NCBI GenBank assembly: GCA_040752575.1
Contig: JBFMGK010000027.1
Coordinates: 24,016 to 88,015 of the forward strand
Reading direction: 5' to 3'
Origin: Candidatus Bipolaricaulota bacterium
GTDB taxonomy: Bacteria > Bipolaricaulota > Bipolaricaulia > UBA7950 > UBA9294
Length of the DNA stretch: 64,000 bases
Below the pieces are notes generated by a model. That model had not been told where the DNA came from. It saw nothing but the letters and a program-made list of their open reading frames with translations, and did no database searches. Every line of letters begins with the position of its first letter. Within the stretch, counting starts at the first letter, position 1. A program made the translations under genes and the position numbers. This document shows, in pieces, positions 27,886 to 37,994 of this stretch.

Positions 27886-27906
27886 TTCCGGGGACGCAGC
27901 ACGAAT
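27886..27906 (-). repeat. class A motif variant
   Basis: TTCCGGGGACGCAGCACGAAT, 3 bp after the stop codon. Confidence 0.6.
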
Positions 27907-28092
27907 CGCCGCGAATTCTGCCTGGCCTGATGCTTCGCAGACGCGGTCCAGACGGCCACGCAGGACTCCGCGCGAGCGAAGATGAGACTCCGCCGGCCCG
28001 GCCGTCAGCCTTTCGAGGCAGCGCTCGTCGGCTCGCATGGACCGAAGGTGCGGACCAAGATAGCCTCGGGCACGGTGAAAGGAGACGCCGCG

Positions 28093-28419
28093 ATGATCTA
28101 CGAGCTTCGTGTCTACGAGTGTGCGCCCGGCAAGCTGCCGGCGCTGCACAAGCGGTTCGAGACGACGACCCTTAGATTCTGGGAGAAGCACGGCATCCGT
28201 CAGGTGGGATTCTGGACGACGCTGATTGGCGAGACAAACCAGACGCTCACGTACCTTATCGAATGGGAAGGTCTGGCTGAGCGCGAGGCCAAGTGGACGG
28301 CGTTCATGCGCGATCCGGACTGGATCGCCGCCCGTGCAGCGACAGAGAAAGATGGCCCGATCGTCGTCAAGATCACCAACTCGATGCTGCAGCCGACCGC
28401 GTACTCCAAGCTGCGGTAG
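28093..28419 (+). CDS. NIPSNAP family protein
   Basis: MIYELRVY..PGKL..L..RF, REAKW.AF..DPDW, L.PT.YS.L. Confidence 0.9.
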   Translation: MIYELRVYECAPGKLPALHKRFETTTLRFWEKHGIRQVGFWTTLIGETNQTLTYLIEWEGLAEREAKWTAFMRDPDWIAARAATEKDGPIVVKITNSMLQPTAYSKLR

Positions 28420-28568
28420 TGCGGAGGAAACTAGCAACGTCGCGGCCGTCGGATATCCTGAGGCGGATCGCCGGTCATTGGAGAAGGCCCGGTGGGACTC
28501 CTAGAGTCGAGAACGACCGGTTCGCGAGCCATGCACCCCGACGAAGATCCCTGTAGCGCGTTGCGCGC

Positions 28569-29183
28569 TCACCACCGGTGAGAGAGCTCCTGGCTGAGGA
28601 TTCTTCGGATCTCGTAAACGCATCGTAGCGCGCGGCGTTCCCCGGGCGTGTCGGGGAGGGGCGTCTCCGCCACCTCGGAGGCGAGGGCCTTGCGGATGTC
28701 CTGAGCCTCTTGCCCGAGCGTGGCCAGGAGGGCGTCGAGCTCGGACTTCGCCTCTGCGCTCTCGGCCACGATGCGCGAGTAGGGGGTGACGCGGGCCTCG
28801 ATGTCGGCCGCGAGGGCGAGGCCCTGAGCATACTCCTCGGCGCGGAGCCGTTGCAGTCTCGCCCATGCGGGGGACGCGGCGCGTCGGACGATATCCTGCC
28901 GCTCACGTCGGATGCCAGGAAGCTCGGCGACGATCTCGTGCCGCTCGCGCTCTGCGTTCTCCAGCGCTTGCCGTGCCGCTTCAAGGCGGCGAGCGACGGG
29001 GGTGGAGGTCGGGCGCACGTGGTTCTCGGTCAGCGAGCTCTGGTCGCGCTCGGCGCGCATCAGATCCCGCCGGGCCTGCAGTTTGGTCTGCTCCAGAGCC
29101 ATGAGCCGTGACTCCAGCCGCGACTGCCGAGCTGCCAGCTGATCGAGTGTCGTATTCGCGCCCTGCACGGTCTGGGCGCTCAT
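28569..29183 (-). CDS. hypothetical coiled-coil protein
   Basis: ORF rich in L/A/E/R/Q heptads. Confidence 0.5.
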   Translation of the reverse strand: MSAQTVQGANTTLDQLAARQSRLESRLMALEQTKLQARRDLMRAERDQSSLTENHVRPTSTPVARRLEAARQALENAERERHEIVAELPGIRRERQDIVRRAASPAWARLQRLRAEEYAQGLALAADIEARVTPYSRIVAESAEAKSELDALLATLGQEAQDIRKALASEVAETPLPDTPGERRALRCVYEIRRILSQELSHRW

Positions 29184-29781
29184 CCGGCACCCGCGACCGC
29201 AAGGCCGCCTGACCTAACATCGCCGAGGCGCCCTCGTGGCGATACGATGGGTGCGTCCGGCCTGCTGCGTGCGATCCCCATGCTCGTTCTCCTCTCAGGG
29301 TCAGTACTCGGCCCCGCTTCGAATGTCCTCCCGGAACCGATCCGCCTCGACCCGCCGCAGACCGCCCGGCGTGAGCCGGAGGATCGACAGATCGCGTCGA
29401 AGACCGCAGGCGGCACCTGTTCATGGCGGCGAGAGAGCAGGGTCCGGCCCGCGTTGCCGGCTGAGGACGGCCTCGCTTCTTGCCTGCCGGGTGCGCGTCG
29501 CGAGGGCAGAGCGCACGCAGCGTGCAACGCTGTCCGGGCCCGCTTGTCTGGCTTGATGCGTCCGTGATATCTGGACTACTCCGTATCCATTATGCCGCAT
29601 GCCCGATGGGAACGCAAATGCAGTCTGCCAGTGGCGAGTCACTCGGAGATGCGCCGCGGTTCGCGGCGCGCGCCTCCGGGGAGGACACACGGGCTGCCCG
29701 TTGACGTCCAGGTGGGCGGGGAGTGCAGTCGGTCGAGTCCTGGAACCGAGCCGCGGTGTTGCGAGTTGGCGTCCGGCCGCA

Positions 29782-30267
29782 CTAGGCGTCGGGAGCCGTC
29801 CACGTGTCGAGCCGCTTGGCTGAGGAAGATGTGCTCAGCTGATCGCGCCTGCGCTTCCTCTTCCGCGAAAGCGTCAGGGCAGCCGCCTTCTCGCTGTCGG
29901 CGACCGCACCGGCGAGATCACCCGCAAGTCGGCGGGCGATGCCGCGCCGTGAGTAACCGACGGGGTTTTCGGGATCCAAAGCGATGCACCCCGTGAAGTC
30001 CACGATTGCGCCGGCCAGGTCGCCGTTCGATTGCCGGAGGCACCCGCGCTCTCCATAGGACCGCGCGTCGGTCGGGTCCAGCTCGAGCAGGGTTGTGTAG
30101 TCCGCCAGCGCGGCTTCCTTCTCGCCCTTCATCCAGTGCCAGGCTGCGCGGCGAGCATACGCCCACGTGTCGGTCGCGTCCCGTTCGATGGCCAGGGTGT
30201 AGTGTGCGATGTCGCGGTCTGGATCGTATCTCCAAACGTGTCCGCGAGAGGATCCTTCCGTGGCCAT
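29782..30267 (-). CDS. tetratricopeptide-repeat protein
   Basis: A.ADY...LELDP...Y..RG repeats. Confidence 0.75.
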   Translation of the reverse strand: MATEGSSRGHVWRYDPDRDIAHYTLAIERDATDTWAYARRAAWHWMKGEKEAALADYTTLLELDPTDARSYGERGCLRQSNGDLAGAIVDFTGCIALDPENPVGYSRRGIARRLAGDLAGAVADSEKAAALTLSRKRKRRRDQLSTSSSAKRLDTWTAPDA

Positions 30268-30532
30268 GAGCCTAGTTTACCCTATCCAGCGGTGCGACCG
30301 CGCCGCTCGCTCGCAGCACCGGAAGTCCGAACCCCCACGGCGAGCGGAGTCCAGCCGATCTCGGGATCCTCCGAGGCCCGACGGGTGACTACGAGACGGC
30401 GAGGTCGACAGAGCCTCCCGGGTTCGGAAGGACTGCAGCCTGGGCGAAGCTGCCGTCGTCGCGCGAGCCGGGTTCTGTAGGATCTCCGACGCCGAGGCAC
30501 ACGGGCGACTGCCAGGGACGCAAAGCTGAGGC

Positions 30533-30964
30533 CTACAGCCCTCGCGCCGTCAGGTGATACGCGAAGCGGTATCCAGCCAGGGTCGCCGCGTTCTCGACGA
30601 AGGCCCGAGTCTTGGCGACATCGAACGAGACGCTGTACTCCTTACCGAACAGGCGCGACTGCTCTTCGATCGTCCCCTCGCGCGGGCCGGCCCCGGTCTT
30701 GTGGGTCTCCTTCTTGAAGCCGAACCCGGGCCCGAGGTCGTCGCCGCCCGCGGAAACGCCGGAGCCCGATTCCATCAGCATCTCGGTGAATCGCAGCTCT
30801 CTTTTCTCGTCGTCGATCCGGAATTGAGCGCGGTACGTGAGCCTTTTCTTTGATAGGAAGGCCTTCCGCTCCGCGACGACGAACTCGACCGTGCAGAGCC
30901 CACGCTTTTCTTCCAGCGTCGCCGGGATCGTCGCGGCGTACTGCGCAATGTCCTCTCTCAGCAT
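30533..30964 (-). CDS. hypothetical protein
   Basis: Protein-like composition; AGGA upstream of the start. Confidence 0.6.
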   Translation of the reverse strand: MLREDIAQYAATIPATLEEKRGLCTVEFVVAERKAFLSKKRLTYRAQFRIDDEKRELRFTEMLMESGSGVSAGGDDLGPGFGFKKETHKTGAGPREGTIEEQSRLFGKEYSVSFDVAKTRAFVENAATLAGYRFAYHLTARGL

Positions 30965-31075
30965 TTGCTCGTCCTGTGTTGGCTGCGTCGGGCGTGGTCC
31001 GACGCCGCCTGCACGCCCCTGGGCACGGCGAGCTCTGCGTCGCCCGCCACACCGACGATGGGGATCATGCCGCGT

Positions 31076-31423
31076 CTACTCAACCTCGGACGCGAACTCC
31101 TCGATCGCCTGCTGCAACTCGGCGACGTAGGTCATCGCCGGTCCGCCGCCCATCATCACGGCGACGGTCGCAACTTCCCAGAGTTCTTCCGGCGTGGCGC
31201 CGGCGGCGAGAGCCTTCTGCGTGTGGATGCCGATGCAGTACTTGCAGCGGGCCGTGAGCCCCATCCCGAGGGCGATGAGTTCCTTCGTCTTGAGGTCGAG
31301 CTTTCCCGGCTTGAGGACGGCGCCCATGAACTGGGAAAACGAGGTCATCTCCTCCGGAACCCTCTTGCCCATCTCGGTCATGGCTCGCTTCGCGCTGCGG
31401 ACAGCTTCTTTGATCTCGTTCAT
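31076..31423 (-). CDS. carboxymuconolactone decarboxylase/AhpD-family protein
   Basis: LDLKTKELIAL...CKYCI..H...A..AGAT.EE. Confidence 0.9.
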   Translation of the reverse strand: MNEIKEAVRSAKRAMTEMGKRVPEEMTSFSQFMGAVLKPGKLDLKTKELIALGMGLTARCKYCIGIHTQKALAAGATPEELWEVATVAVMMGGGPAMTYVAELQQAIEEFASEVE

Positions 31424-31553
31424 CGACTTCACCTCGGCGGGGATTATCCGCGCTCGTCGCGGCGATCCCAACCGGCGCCCGGAGGCCGTTGCGGAGCGGC
31501 GCGCCGTTCGCGATAGTCTGCGCCGCTCGCCGCGGCGGGCGAAATGGGGACGG

Positions 31554-32870
31554 ATGCCGTACACGATCAAGGACATCTTGCGGATGGAGGTTGCGCCCGC
31601 GTTAGGCTGTACCGAGCCTGCGGCCGCGGCGCTCGCGGCCGCGGCATGCGCCGAACTCCTGCCGACGCGGGCAATCGACGGGATCGAGCTGTGGGTCGAT
31701 CCGAACATCTACAAGAATGGTTTCGCCGTCTCGATCCCCGGCGCAGAAGGTGCGTGCGGGATCGATCTCGCGGCGGCTCTCGGCGCGGCGGCGGGCGACG
31801 CCCACCTGAAGCTCGAGGTGCTGCGCCCGGTGACTCGCGAGGCGCTCGGGGAGGCGAAGGCGCTTGTCGCGGCCCATCGCGTCGCGGTGAACGTGTTGAG
31901 TGAGAAAAAGGGCGGGATCTACGTTCGCGCGCGGGTTCAGTGCGGAGCGAACGCGGCCGAGGCCGTCATCGAGGACCTCCACGATAACATCGTCTCTCTG
32001 TCGCTTGACGGCCGCTCGATCGACAGCCACCCGCTCCTCTGCAAAACGGCGAAACGGCAGAATGCGGTCCGCGCGCTCGAGGAGTGGCTCGTCGAGCGGA
32101 CGCTGCCCGAACTTGTCGGCCTTCTGGATGGACTCGATGCCGAGGACCTCGCATTCCTGCGCGAGGGTGTCGACCAGAATGTGCGCCTGGCCGAGTACGG
32201 ACTCACGTACGGGCCCGGGCTCGGTGTGGGTCTCACCCTGGAACGGCTTGCCCGCGAAGGATTGCTGAAGCGGGACATGGTCCTTGCGGCGAGAGTGCTG
32301 ACCTCGGCAGCCTCGGACGCCCGCATGGCCGGGGTTCGCATGCCGGCCATGAGTTCCGCCGGATCCGGGAACCACGGACTCACGGCCATCCTTCCCGTCT
32401 GGGCGGTCAGGGAGTACGTGGACGTCGACGATGAGAGCCGCGTCCTGCGGGCAATCGCCCTGAGTCACGTCATCACGGCCCACATCAAGTCCCACACCGG
32501 ACGCCTCTCCGCGATCTGCGGATGCTCGATCGCCGCCGGAGCGGGCGCGACGGCGGCCATTACGTACCTGATGGGAGGAAACCACCACCACATCGCCGGC
32601 GCGATCAAGAACGTCGTCGGCGATCTTGCGGGCGTCATCTGCGATGGCGCGAAGGCCGGATGCTCGCTCAAGTTGGCGACCGCGGCCGGAACCGCGGTCC
32701 TGTCGGCGCTGTTCGCGCTTCACGGACTCGACATCCAGGCGACCGACGGCATTGTGGCGGTCTCGCCGGAGGAGACGATGCGCAACGTGGGGCAGCTCTC
32801 CACCGAGGGGATGATCGAGACCGACCGTACGATCCTCGACATTCTCCTTCAGAAGCGCCTCCACAGCTGA
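31554..32870 (+). CDS. L-cysteine desulfidase / serine dehydratase-like Fe-S protein (UPF0597)
   Basis: PALGCTEP, NIYKNG, DARMAG, GSGNHG, SAICGC, ICDGAKAGCSLK. Confidence 0.85.
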   Translation: MPYTIKDILRMEVAPALGCTEPAAAALAAAACAELLPTRAIDGIELWVDPNIYKNGFAVSIPGAEGACGIDLAAALGAAAGDAHLKLEVLRPVTREALGEAKALVAAHRVAVNVLSEKKGGIYVRARVQCGANAAEAVIEDLHDNIVSLSLDGRSIDSHPLLCKTAKRQNAVRALEEWLVERTLPELVGLLDGLDAEDLAFLREGVDQNVRLAEYGLTYGPGLGVGLTLERLAREGLLKRDMVLAARVLTSAASDARMAGVRMPAMSSAGSGNHGLTAILPVWAVREYVDVDDESRVLRAIALSHVITAHIKSHTGRLSAICGCSIAAGAGATAAITYLMGGNHHHIAGAIKNVVGDLAGVICDGAKAGCSLKLATAAGTAVLSALFALHGLDIQATDGIVAVSPEETMRNVGQLSTEGMIETDRTILDILLQKRLHS

Positions 32871-32951
32871 TGCATCGGCGGCCGGACGTGGTTTGGGCTG
32901 CGGATCCGCGCTAGGATCGACGGTGCGATCGAGCGTGAAAGGGCGGCGAGC

Positions 32952-33662
32952 ATGGCGGACGCGTACGCCAAGATGGCGCGCTACTACGACAAGATCTACG
33001 CGGGCAAAGACTACGCGACCGAGGTCGGACGGCTCCTCGCTCTCCTCGGCGATGCGGGCGGCATGCGTCGCACGCTCCTCGACGTCGCGTGCGGTACCGG
33101 TCGCCACCTCGAACTTCTGCGCGAGCACTTCGCGGTCGAGGGACTGGACGTCTGTCGCGAAGCGCTCGACGTCGCGCGGCGGCGCTGCCCCGGGGTCGTC
33201 CTGCACGTCGCCGACATGACCGGGTTCCACCTAGGAAAGACGTTCGACGTCGTCACCTGTCTTTTCAGCTCCATTGGCTATGCTAGAACGCTCGAGGGGC
33301 TACGCGCAGCGGTGTTCACGATGGCAGCGCATCTTGCGCCGGGCGGAGCCCTCATCGTGGAACCGTGGTTCACCCCCGACGAATGGCGTCCGAACACGGT
33401 CCATGCCAGCTACGTCGACGAGCCCGAGCTCAAGATTGCGCGCGTCAACACGAGCCTCGTCGACGGGCGCATCTCGATCCTCGACCTGCACTACCTCGTC
33501 GGCACTCCCGAGAGGACCGAGCACCTCGTCGAGCGCCACGAGTTGGGGTTGTTCGAGGTCGACGAGATGAGGGCGCCGATGGAGGCGGCGGGGCTGGCCG
33601 TGGAGTACGACGCGGAAGGCCTCACGGGACGCGGGCTGTACATCGCGCGGCGCACCCCATGA
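32952..33662 (+). CDS. class I SAM-dependent methyltransferase
   Basis: [22 protein letters not shown]. Confidence 0.9.
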   Translation: MADAYAKMARYYDKIYAGKDYATEVGRLLALLGDAGGMRRTLLDVACGTGRHLELLREHFAVEGLDVCREALDVARRRCPGVVLHVADMTGFHLGKTFDVVTCLFSSIGYARTLEGLRAAVFTMAAHLAPGGALIVEPWFTPDEWRPNTVHASYVDEPELKIARVNTSLVDGRISILDLHYLVGTPERTEHLVERHELGLFEVDEMRAPMEAAGLAVEYDAEGLTGRGLYIARRTP

Positions 33663-33771
33663 CCGAACGGTATACGAGGTGGTCCTACGGCACCCTTGCG
33701 GCCGGACATCGGCCCCGTTCCGCGGGCTGGGCACGGAGCCAGGGCGAGGCTAGATCCGAAGGAGGGACACG

Positions 33772-34050
33772 ATGCCGCCCTTCGGAGCGGCGTCCTCGGG
33801 CCGGGCAAGTGATCGGAAGCTCCCCGATCAGGGGCTGATCCGCGCGATCCGTTCCATGAGCGCCGCCGAGTACGCGACGATGGGGCTCTCCATGCGGCCG
33901 GCCGAGCCAACCCACCATGCGTCGGCACTCGACGTGTTGAAGGACATCGCCGACGAGAAGCGAGTCCACGCTGGCGAGTTCCTCCGCTTGCTGGTTGAAC
34001 TCGCGGCCGAGGCCGCGGCAGAACCGCGGCCTCGGCCATTCGTAGAGTGA
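33772..34050 (+). pseudogene. decayed ferritin-like (rubrerythrin/EncFtn-like) gene
   Basis: RKL...LIRAIR.M.AAEY...VLKDIADEKRVHAGEFLRLL; expected Glu ligands altered and no good start. Confidence 0.6.
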
Positions 34051-34054
34051 GAAC

Positions 34055-35500
34055 TCAAGGAGCGGCCGTGAGAATCGCGCGGATCATCGCATTGGCGCCA
34101 TACGGCAGAACCTCGGTCCAGTCGGGGATCGAGAGGCTTCGTCCGGTTGGCGTCCCGAGGTCGACGCCGAGCCAGGGGTAGTTCTCGGCGTCGGTCTGAA
34201 GGTAGCCGATGAAGAAGTCCGCCTGCGGCGCGAAGCCCGCGCCGGAGAGATCGACCTCGAGCCATCCCGCCTTCTCGGTGGGCAGGACGTCGACCGGGGG
34301 GATCAGGTCCTCTCCGTGTTCGCTCCAGACGTGTAGTTCGATCGGTGCGGGGACTCCCCGGATTCCGGAGACAAACAGCAGCGCGCTGCGCAGCACGGCT
34401 CCCCCTGCCGGAGGCGTGAAGCGCACGGCGTACCCGGCTCCCCGCACCGCAAAGCCGCGGTCCGTCTCGGCCGACCCGTCGTCGTAGGCGAGTTCGATGA
34501 TGCGGTCGGCGGCTGAAGAGCGCTGGGTCAGGATCCGGATCATCGCGCAATCTCCCACGGGAAGCAGCGGCGTCCACTGGGGCACGTTGTAGCTCCGGTC
34601 CGAGGTCGTCGACATGTCGATCCCGAGCCACGGGTAGTCCTCGGCCGACGTCTGGAGATAGCCGACGTAGACGTCGCCATCAAGCACGAGTCCCGCGGAC
34701 GAGAGGTCGACGTCGAACCACCCGTCCGCCGTCGGCGTAGCGAGCAGGGGAGCCATGAGGTCGTTTCTCTGGGCGTCCCAAACGTGGATCTCGATGGGCG
34801 CAGGATCGCCGTGCTGGCCGTTGACGTAGAAATTCGCTTGCAGGAGCGCGTCTCCCAGCTCGGTCGGGGTGAATCGGACGGCGAACCCTGTGCCGACATC
34901 GCCCCGCCCCCTCGACGCGTCCGGCGACCCGTCATCGTAGGCCAGGGGAACCGCGTCGCCACCCGCAGCGGGGCGCTGGGTGAGGATGCGGATCATCGCT
35001 GAGGCTCCGGTCGGCAGAAGCGGATTCCACTCTGGCACGCTGTAGCTTCGATCCGTTGCCGTCGACGTGTCGACGCCGAGCCACGGGTGGTCCTCGGCTG
35101 ACGTCTGGACGTACCCGACGTAGATATCGCCCGTGATGGCGAGGCCGGCTGAGGACACGTCGACATCAAACCATCCCGCGGCGAGCGGCGTCGCCAGCAC
35201 GGGCGCGATGAGATCGCGCTTGTCGGCGTCCCAGACGTGGATCTCGACCGTTGCGGGGTCGCCGTTCAGGCCCTTGACGAAGAAGCGGACGCGGAGCAGT
35301 GTGTCCCCCGGATCGGCAGGGCTGAAGCGTACGGCAAACCCGCCCTGCGCAACGCTCGTAGCCCGTCCCTCCTCCGCCGACCCGTCGTCGTAGGCGATCT
35401 CGGTGTCTTCTGCCAGCGCAGCGCACCCGATCGCCAACGCGAGGCACACAAGTCCTGCAGCTGCCCAAACCCAACGATTCCCCGCCCTTGTCTTCGCCAT
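34055..35500 (-). CDS. secreted protein with three tandem ~150-aa YDDG-motif domains
   Basis: Signal peptide; three copies of AYDDGS...AVRF.P...W.GVD...AMIR. Confidence 0.8.
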   Translation of the reverse strand: MAKTRAGNRWVWAAAGLVCLALAIGCAALAEDTEIAYDDGSAEEGRATSVAQGGFAVRFSPADPGDTLLRVRFFVKGLNGDPATVEIHVWDADKRDLIAPVLATPLAAGWFDVDVSSAGLAITGDIYVGYVQTSAEDHPWLGVDTSTATDRSYSVPEWNPLLPTGASAMIRILTQRPAAGGDAVPLAYDDGSPDASRGRGDVGTGFAVRFTPTELGDALLQANFYVNGQHGDPAPIEIHVWDAQRNDLMAPLLATPTADGWFDVDLSSAGLVLDGDVYVGYLQTSAEDYPWLGIDMSTTSDRSYNVPQWTPLLPVGDCAMIRILTQRSSAADRIIELAYDDGSAETDRGFAVRGAGYAVRFTPPAGGAVLRSALLFVSGIRGVPAPIELHVWSEHGEDLIPPVDVLPTEKAGWLEVDLSGAGFAPQADFFIGYLQTDAENYPWLGVDLGTPTGRSLSIPDWTEVLPYGANAMIRAILTAAP

Positions 35501-35656
35501 CGCTGACCTCCCCGTTCATGCGCTCCGCGCGTGCATCCAGCGTAGCGCGTGCGCCGCCGCACCGGCTAGTCCCCTGGACGGAGATGAGTGCGCGGGACTC
35601 GCTGCCGTGCGCGGCAGGCTGCATCCTCGGCTACGATCCCTTCTGAAGGAGAAGAG

Positions 35657-36325
35657 ATGCCCAAGCTCTGCCCCAAAGTGATCCTCGAAGGCACGCGGCT
35701 CACGATGAAGACCGAGATCGCGCTTGCGCTCAATGAGCACCCGCGCATCGTCGGGCCTCGGAAGTACCGCTACCCCTCGCCGCTCATCTCGGCCGAGTGG
35801 TGTGGGTTCACGAACGTCCCCTGGGGGCGCGGGCTCATCAACTTCGCGCCGGACGAAGAGGCGCTGGCGATGGAGACGTACCGGACGTGGGTTCGGCTGT
35901 TCGAGTTGGAGCGGTACTACTCGTGGATCGTCGACCGCTTCCATATCTCGACCCAGGCCTACCAACTCCGCGCACATGGGACGCAGTACGACTTCCGCTG
36001 GCTCGAGGAGAGGCTGCGGCCGCTGGGGTTTCGCATGGTGTTCTGCACGCGGCGCCCGGAGACCTTCGCCGCGGCACGCGCCGAGCGCCTGAAGGTCTCG
36101 GGCAACCCGCGGCAGTACGACGACCTCTCGGTCTTCCTTCGCGAGCAAGATCTGCTGCGAGATCTTGTCGCCCGGTCGACCCTTCCCGTGTTCGAACTCG
36201 ATGTGTCGGAGAGCGACGTCCCTCGGGCAGCCGATCGGATTGCCGACTGGCTCGCGGCAACCGGCGGGCTCACGATGCCTGATGCGGAGGGTGGTCCGGA
36301 GAAAGGGCAAGGCGAGGACGGATGA
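35657..36325 (+). CDS. hypothetical nucleotide-kinase-like protein
   Basis: VILEG....KT and IVDRF resemble the thymidylate kinase fold; P-loop is atypical. Confidence 0.55.
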   Translation: MPKLCPKVILEGTRLTMKTEIALALNEHPRIVGPRKYRYPSPLISAEWCGFTNVPWGRGLINFAPDEEALAMETYRTWVRLFELERYYSWIVDRFHISTQAYQLRAHGTQYDFRWLEERLRPLGFRMVFCTRRPETFAAARAERLKVSGNPRQYDDLSVFLREQDLLRDLVARSTLPVFELDVSESDVPRAADRIADWLAATGGLTMPDAEGGPEKGQGEDG

Positions 36326-36720
36326 CGTACGACTCCACGAGGCTACTCGTCACGCGGTTTCGGGAGTGCTTCCGCTTCTACCGGGATGCGATCGGTCTTG
36401 CGCCGCGATGCGGGACGGAAGACGACACGTATGCGGACTTCGCAACGGGAGCCACGGGAATCTCGCTCTTCGACCCGCGCGAGATGACCGAAACCCTGCG
36501 AACGTGCGATCGGCCGCCCCGACTTGCGGCGCAGGATGCCGTGTGCCTGGTCTTCGGGGTCGGCGACGTCGACGCCGTCTGCGATCGGCTGCGAACGAAG
36601 GGCGTCGCGATCGTCGCGCCGCCGACCGACCATCCGGAGTGGCGCATTCGGACGGCGCACGTTCGCGACCCTGAGGGAAACCTGATCGAGATCAACCAGC
36701 CCGTCGCGCGTGGACTCTGA
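36322..36720 (+). CDS. VOC/glyoxalase family protein
   Basis: RLLV..F.....FYRD, W..R.A..RDPEGNLIEI. Confidence 0.9.
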   Translation: MTYDSTRLLVTRFRECFRFYRDAIGLAPRCGTEDDTYADFATGATGISLFDPREMTETLRTCDRPPRLAAQDAVCLVFGVGDVDAVCDRLRTKGVAIVAPPTDHPEWRIRTAHVRDPEGNLIEINQPVARGL

Positions 36721-36781
36721 CGACGCGCTCGTTCCGGCGCATCATCCGCCGTAAGATCGGGCGGTCGTGCGGAGGAATGCG

Positions 36782-37603
36782 GTGGACGATCGCGAAGTGG
36801 GCCGGCTGTGGAACGAGAATGCGGAGACATGGACGCGACTTGCGCGCGCAGGCTATGACGTCTATCGCGATCGGCTCAACACGCCGGCCTTTCTCGCCAT
36901 GCTGCCCGACGTTGGCGGACTCCACGGCATCGACGTCGGCTGTGGCGAGGGACACAACACGCGGCTCGTGGCGCAACGGGGTGCGCGGCTCGTCGCGATC
37001 GACATCTCCGAGGTATTCATCCGGCATGCCCGGGAAGCCGAAGAGCGTGAGCCGCTGGGTATCGACTATCGAGTCGCGAGCGCTCTCGACCTGCCGTTCG
37101 GCGACGCGGCATTCGACTTCGCAACCGCGTTCATGAGCCTGATGGACATGCCGAACGTCGAGAAGGCGGTCGCCGAGACGTACCGGGTGCTTCGGTCCGG
37201 CGGGTTCCTCCAGTTCTCGATTCTTCACCCCCTCCTCGACATGCCTCATCACCGGAACCTGCGCGACGAGCGGGGGAAGACCTACGCGTACGAGGTCGGC
37301 GGGTACTTCGACAAACTGGACGGAAAGGTCGAGGAATGGACGTTCAGTGCCGCGCCGGATGAAGTGCGGCGAACCGTCCCGAAGTTCCGGGTCGCGCGAT
37401 TCAACCGGCCGCTGTGCGAGTGGCTCAACCTCTTGCTGGATGTGGGGTTCACGATCGAGCGGATGGGCGAGCCTTGTCCGAGCGACGACATGGTCGCTCG
37501 GGCCCCGCATCTCCAGGATGCCCAGGTGATACCCTACTTCCTGCATATCCGAGTTCGAAAGATTGCGCACGAAGTGAGGAGATCCTCTGATGGCGAGCGA
37601 TGA
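36782..37603 (+). CDS. class I SAM-dependent methyltransferase
   Basis: IDVGCGEG, LPFGDAAFD, RVLRSGG. Confidence 0.9.
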   Translation: MDDREVGRLWNENAETWTRLARAGYDVYRDRLNTPAFLAMLPDVGGLHGIDVGCGEGHNTRLVAQRGARLVAIDISEVFIRHAREAEEREPLGIDYRVASALDLPFGDAAFDFATAFMSLMDMPNVEKAVAETYRVLRSGGFLQFSILHPLLDMPHHRNLRDERGKTYAYEVGGYFDKLDGKVEEWTFSAAPDEVRRTVPKFRVARFNRPLCEWLNLLLDVGFTIERMGEPCPSDDMVARAPHLQDAQVIPYFLHIRVRKIAHEVRRSSDGER

Positions 37604-37994
37604 CACGATGGCGGTGTGCGGGCTCGATTGCGGATCGTGTTCGATCCGTCGCTACGCGTTCGACGAGAAGGCGGCCTCCGAAGCTATCCCCTGGTATCGG
37701 AAGATGGGCTGGCTCAGTGAGAGCGACGGCGTCGCGGAGGCCGTGACGAGAGGGCTCGTCTGCGAAGGCTGTCGCGGTGACCGCGCGCGTCACTGGTCGG
37801 CGGACTGCTGGATCCTTCAATGCTGCATCGATCAGCGGGGATTGCGTCACTGTGCTGAGTGCCCGGTCTTCCCGTGCGTGCGCCTCGTTGCGTGGTCGAA
37901 GACCGACGACTCGTATGCGAAGGCGCTGGCTCGACTGCAGGACGTGGCCGGGCAGGCCGCTCGACCGGCAAGCAGGGGAGCGATCGCCGAGTGA
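37590..37994 (+). CDS. DUF3795-like Cys-rich protein
   Basis: CGLDCGSC, CEGC, C.I..CC, HCAEC..FPC. Confidence 0.8.
   Translation: MASDDTMAVCGLDCGSCSIRRYAFDEKAASEAIPWYRKMGWLSESDGVAEAVTRGLVCEGCRGDRARHWSADCWILQCCIDQRGLRHCAECPVFPCVRLVAWSKTDDSYAKALARLQDVAGQAARPASRGAIAE

Noticed and set aside
7686..27906. CRISPR array interpretation of the recurring motifs
   Set aside because: Spacing is irregular (hundreds to thousands of bp), the intervals contain whole genes, and no cas genes are present.
26236..28437. Long antisense ORFs (e.g. 733 aa here, also 31602-33230, 38161-39930, 52042-53730)
   Set aside because: Shadow frames of real genes in high-GC DNA, with no motifs.
28420..29780. Phage or plasmid remnant around the coiled-coil ORF
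   Set aside because: No recognisable mobile-element protein or boundary repeats.
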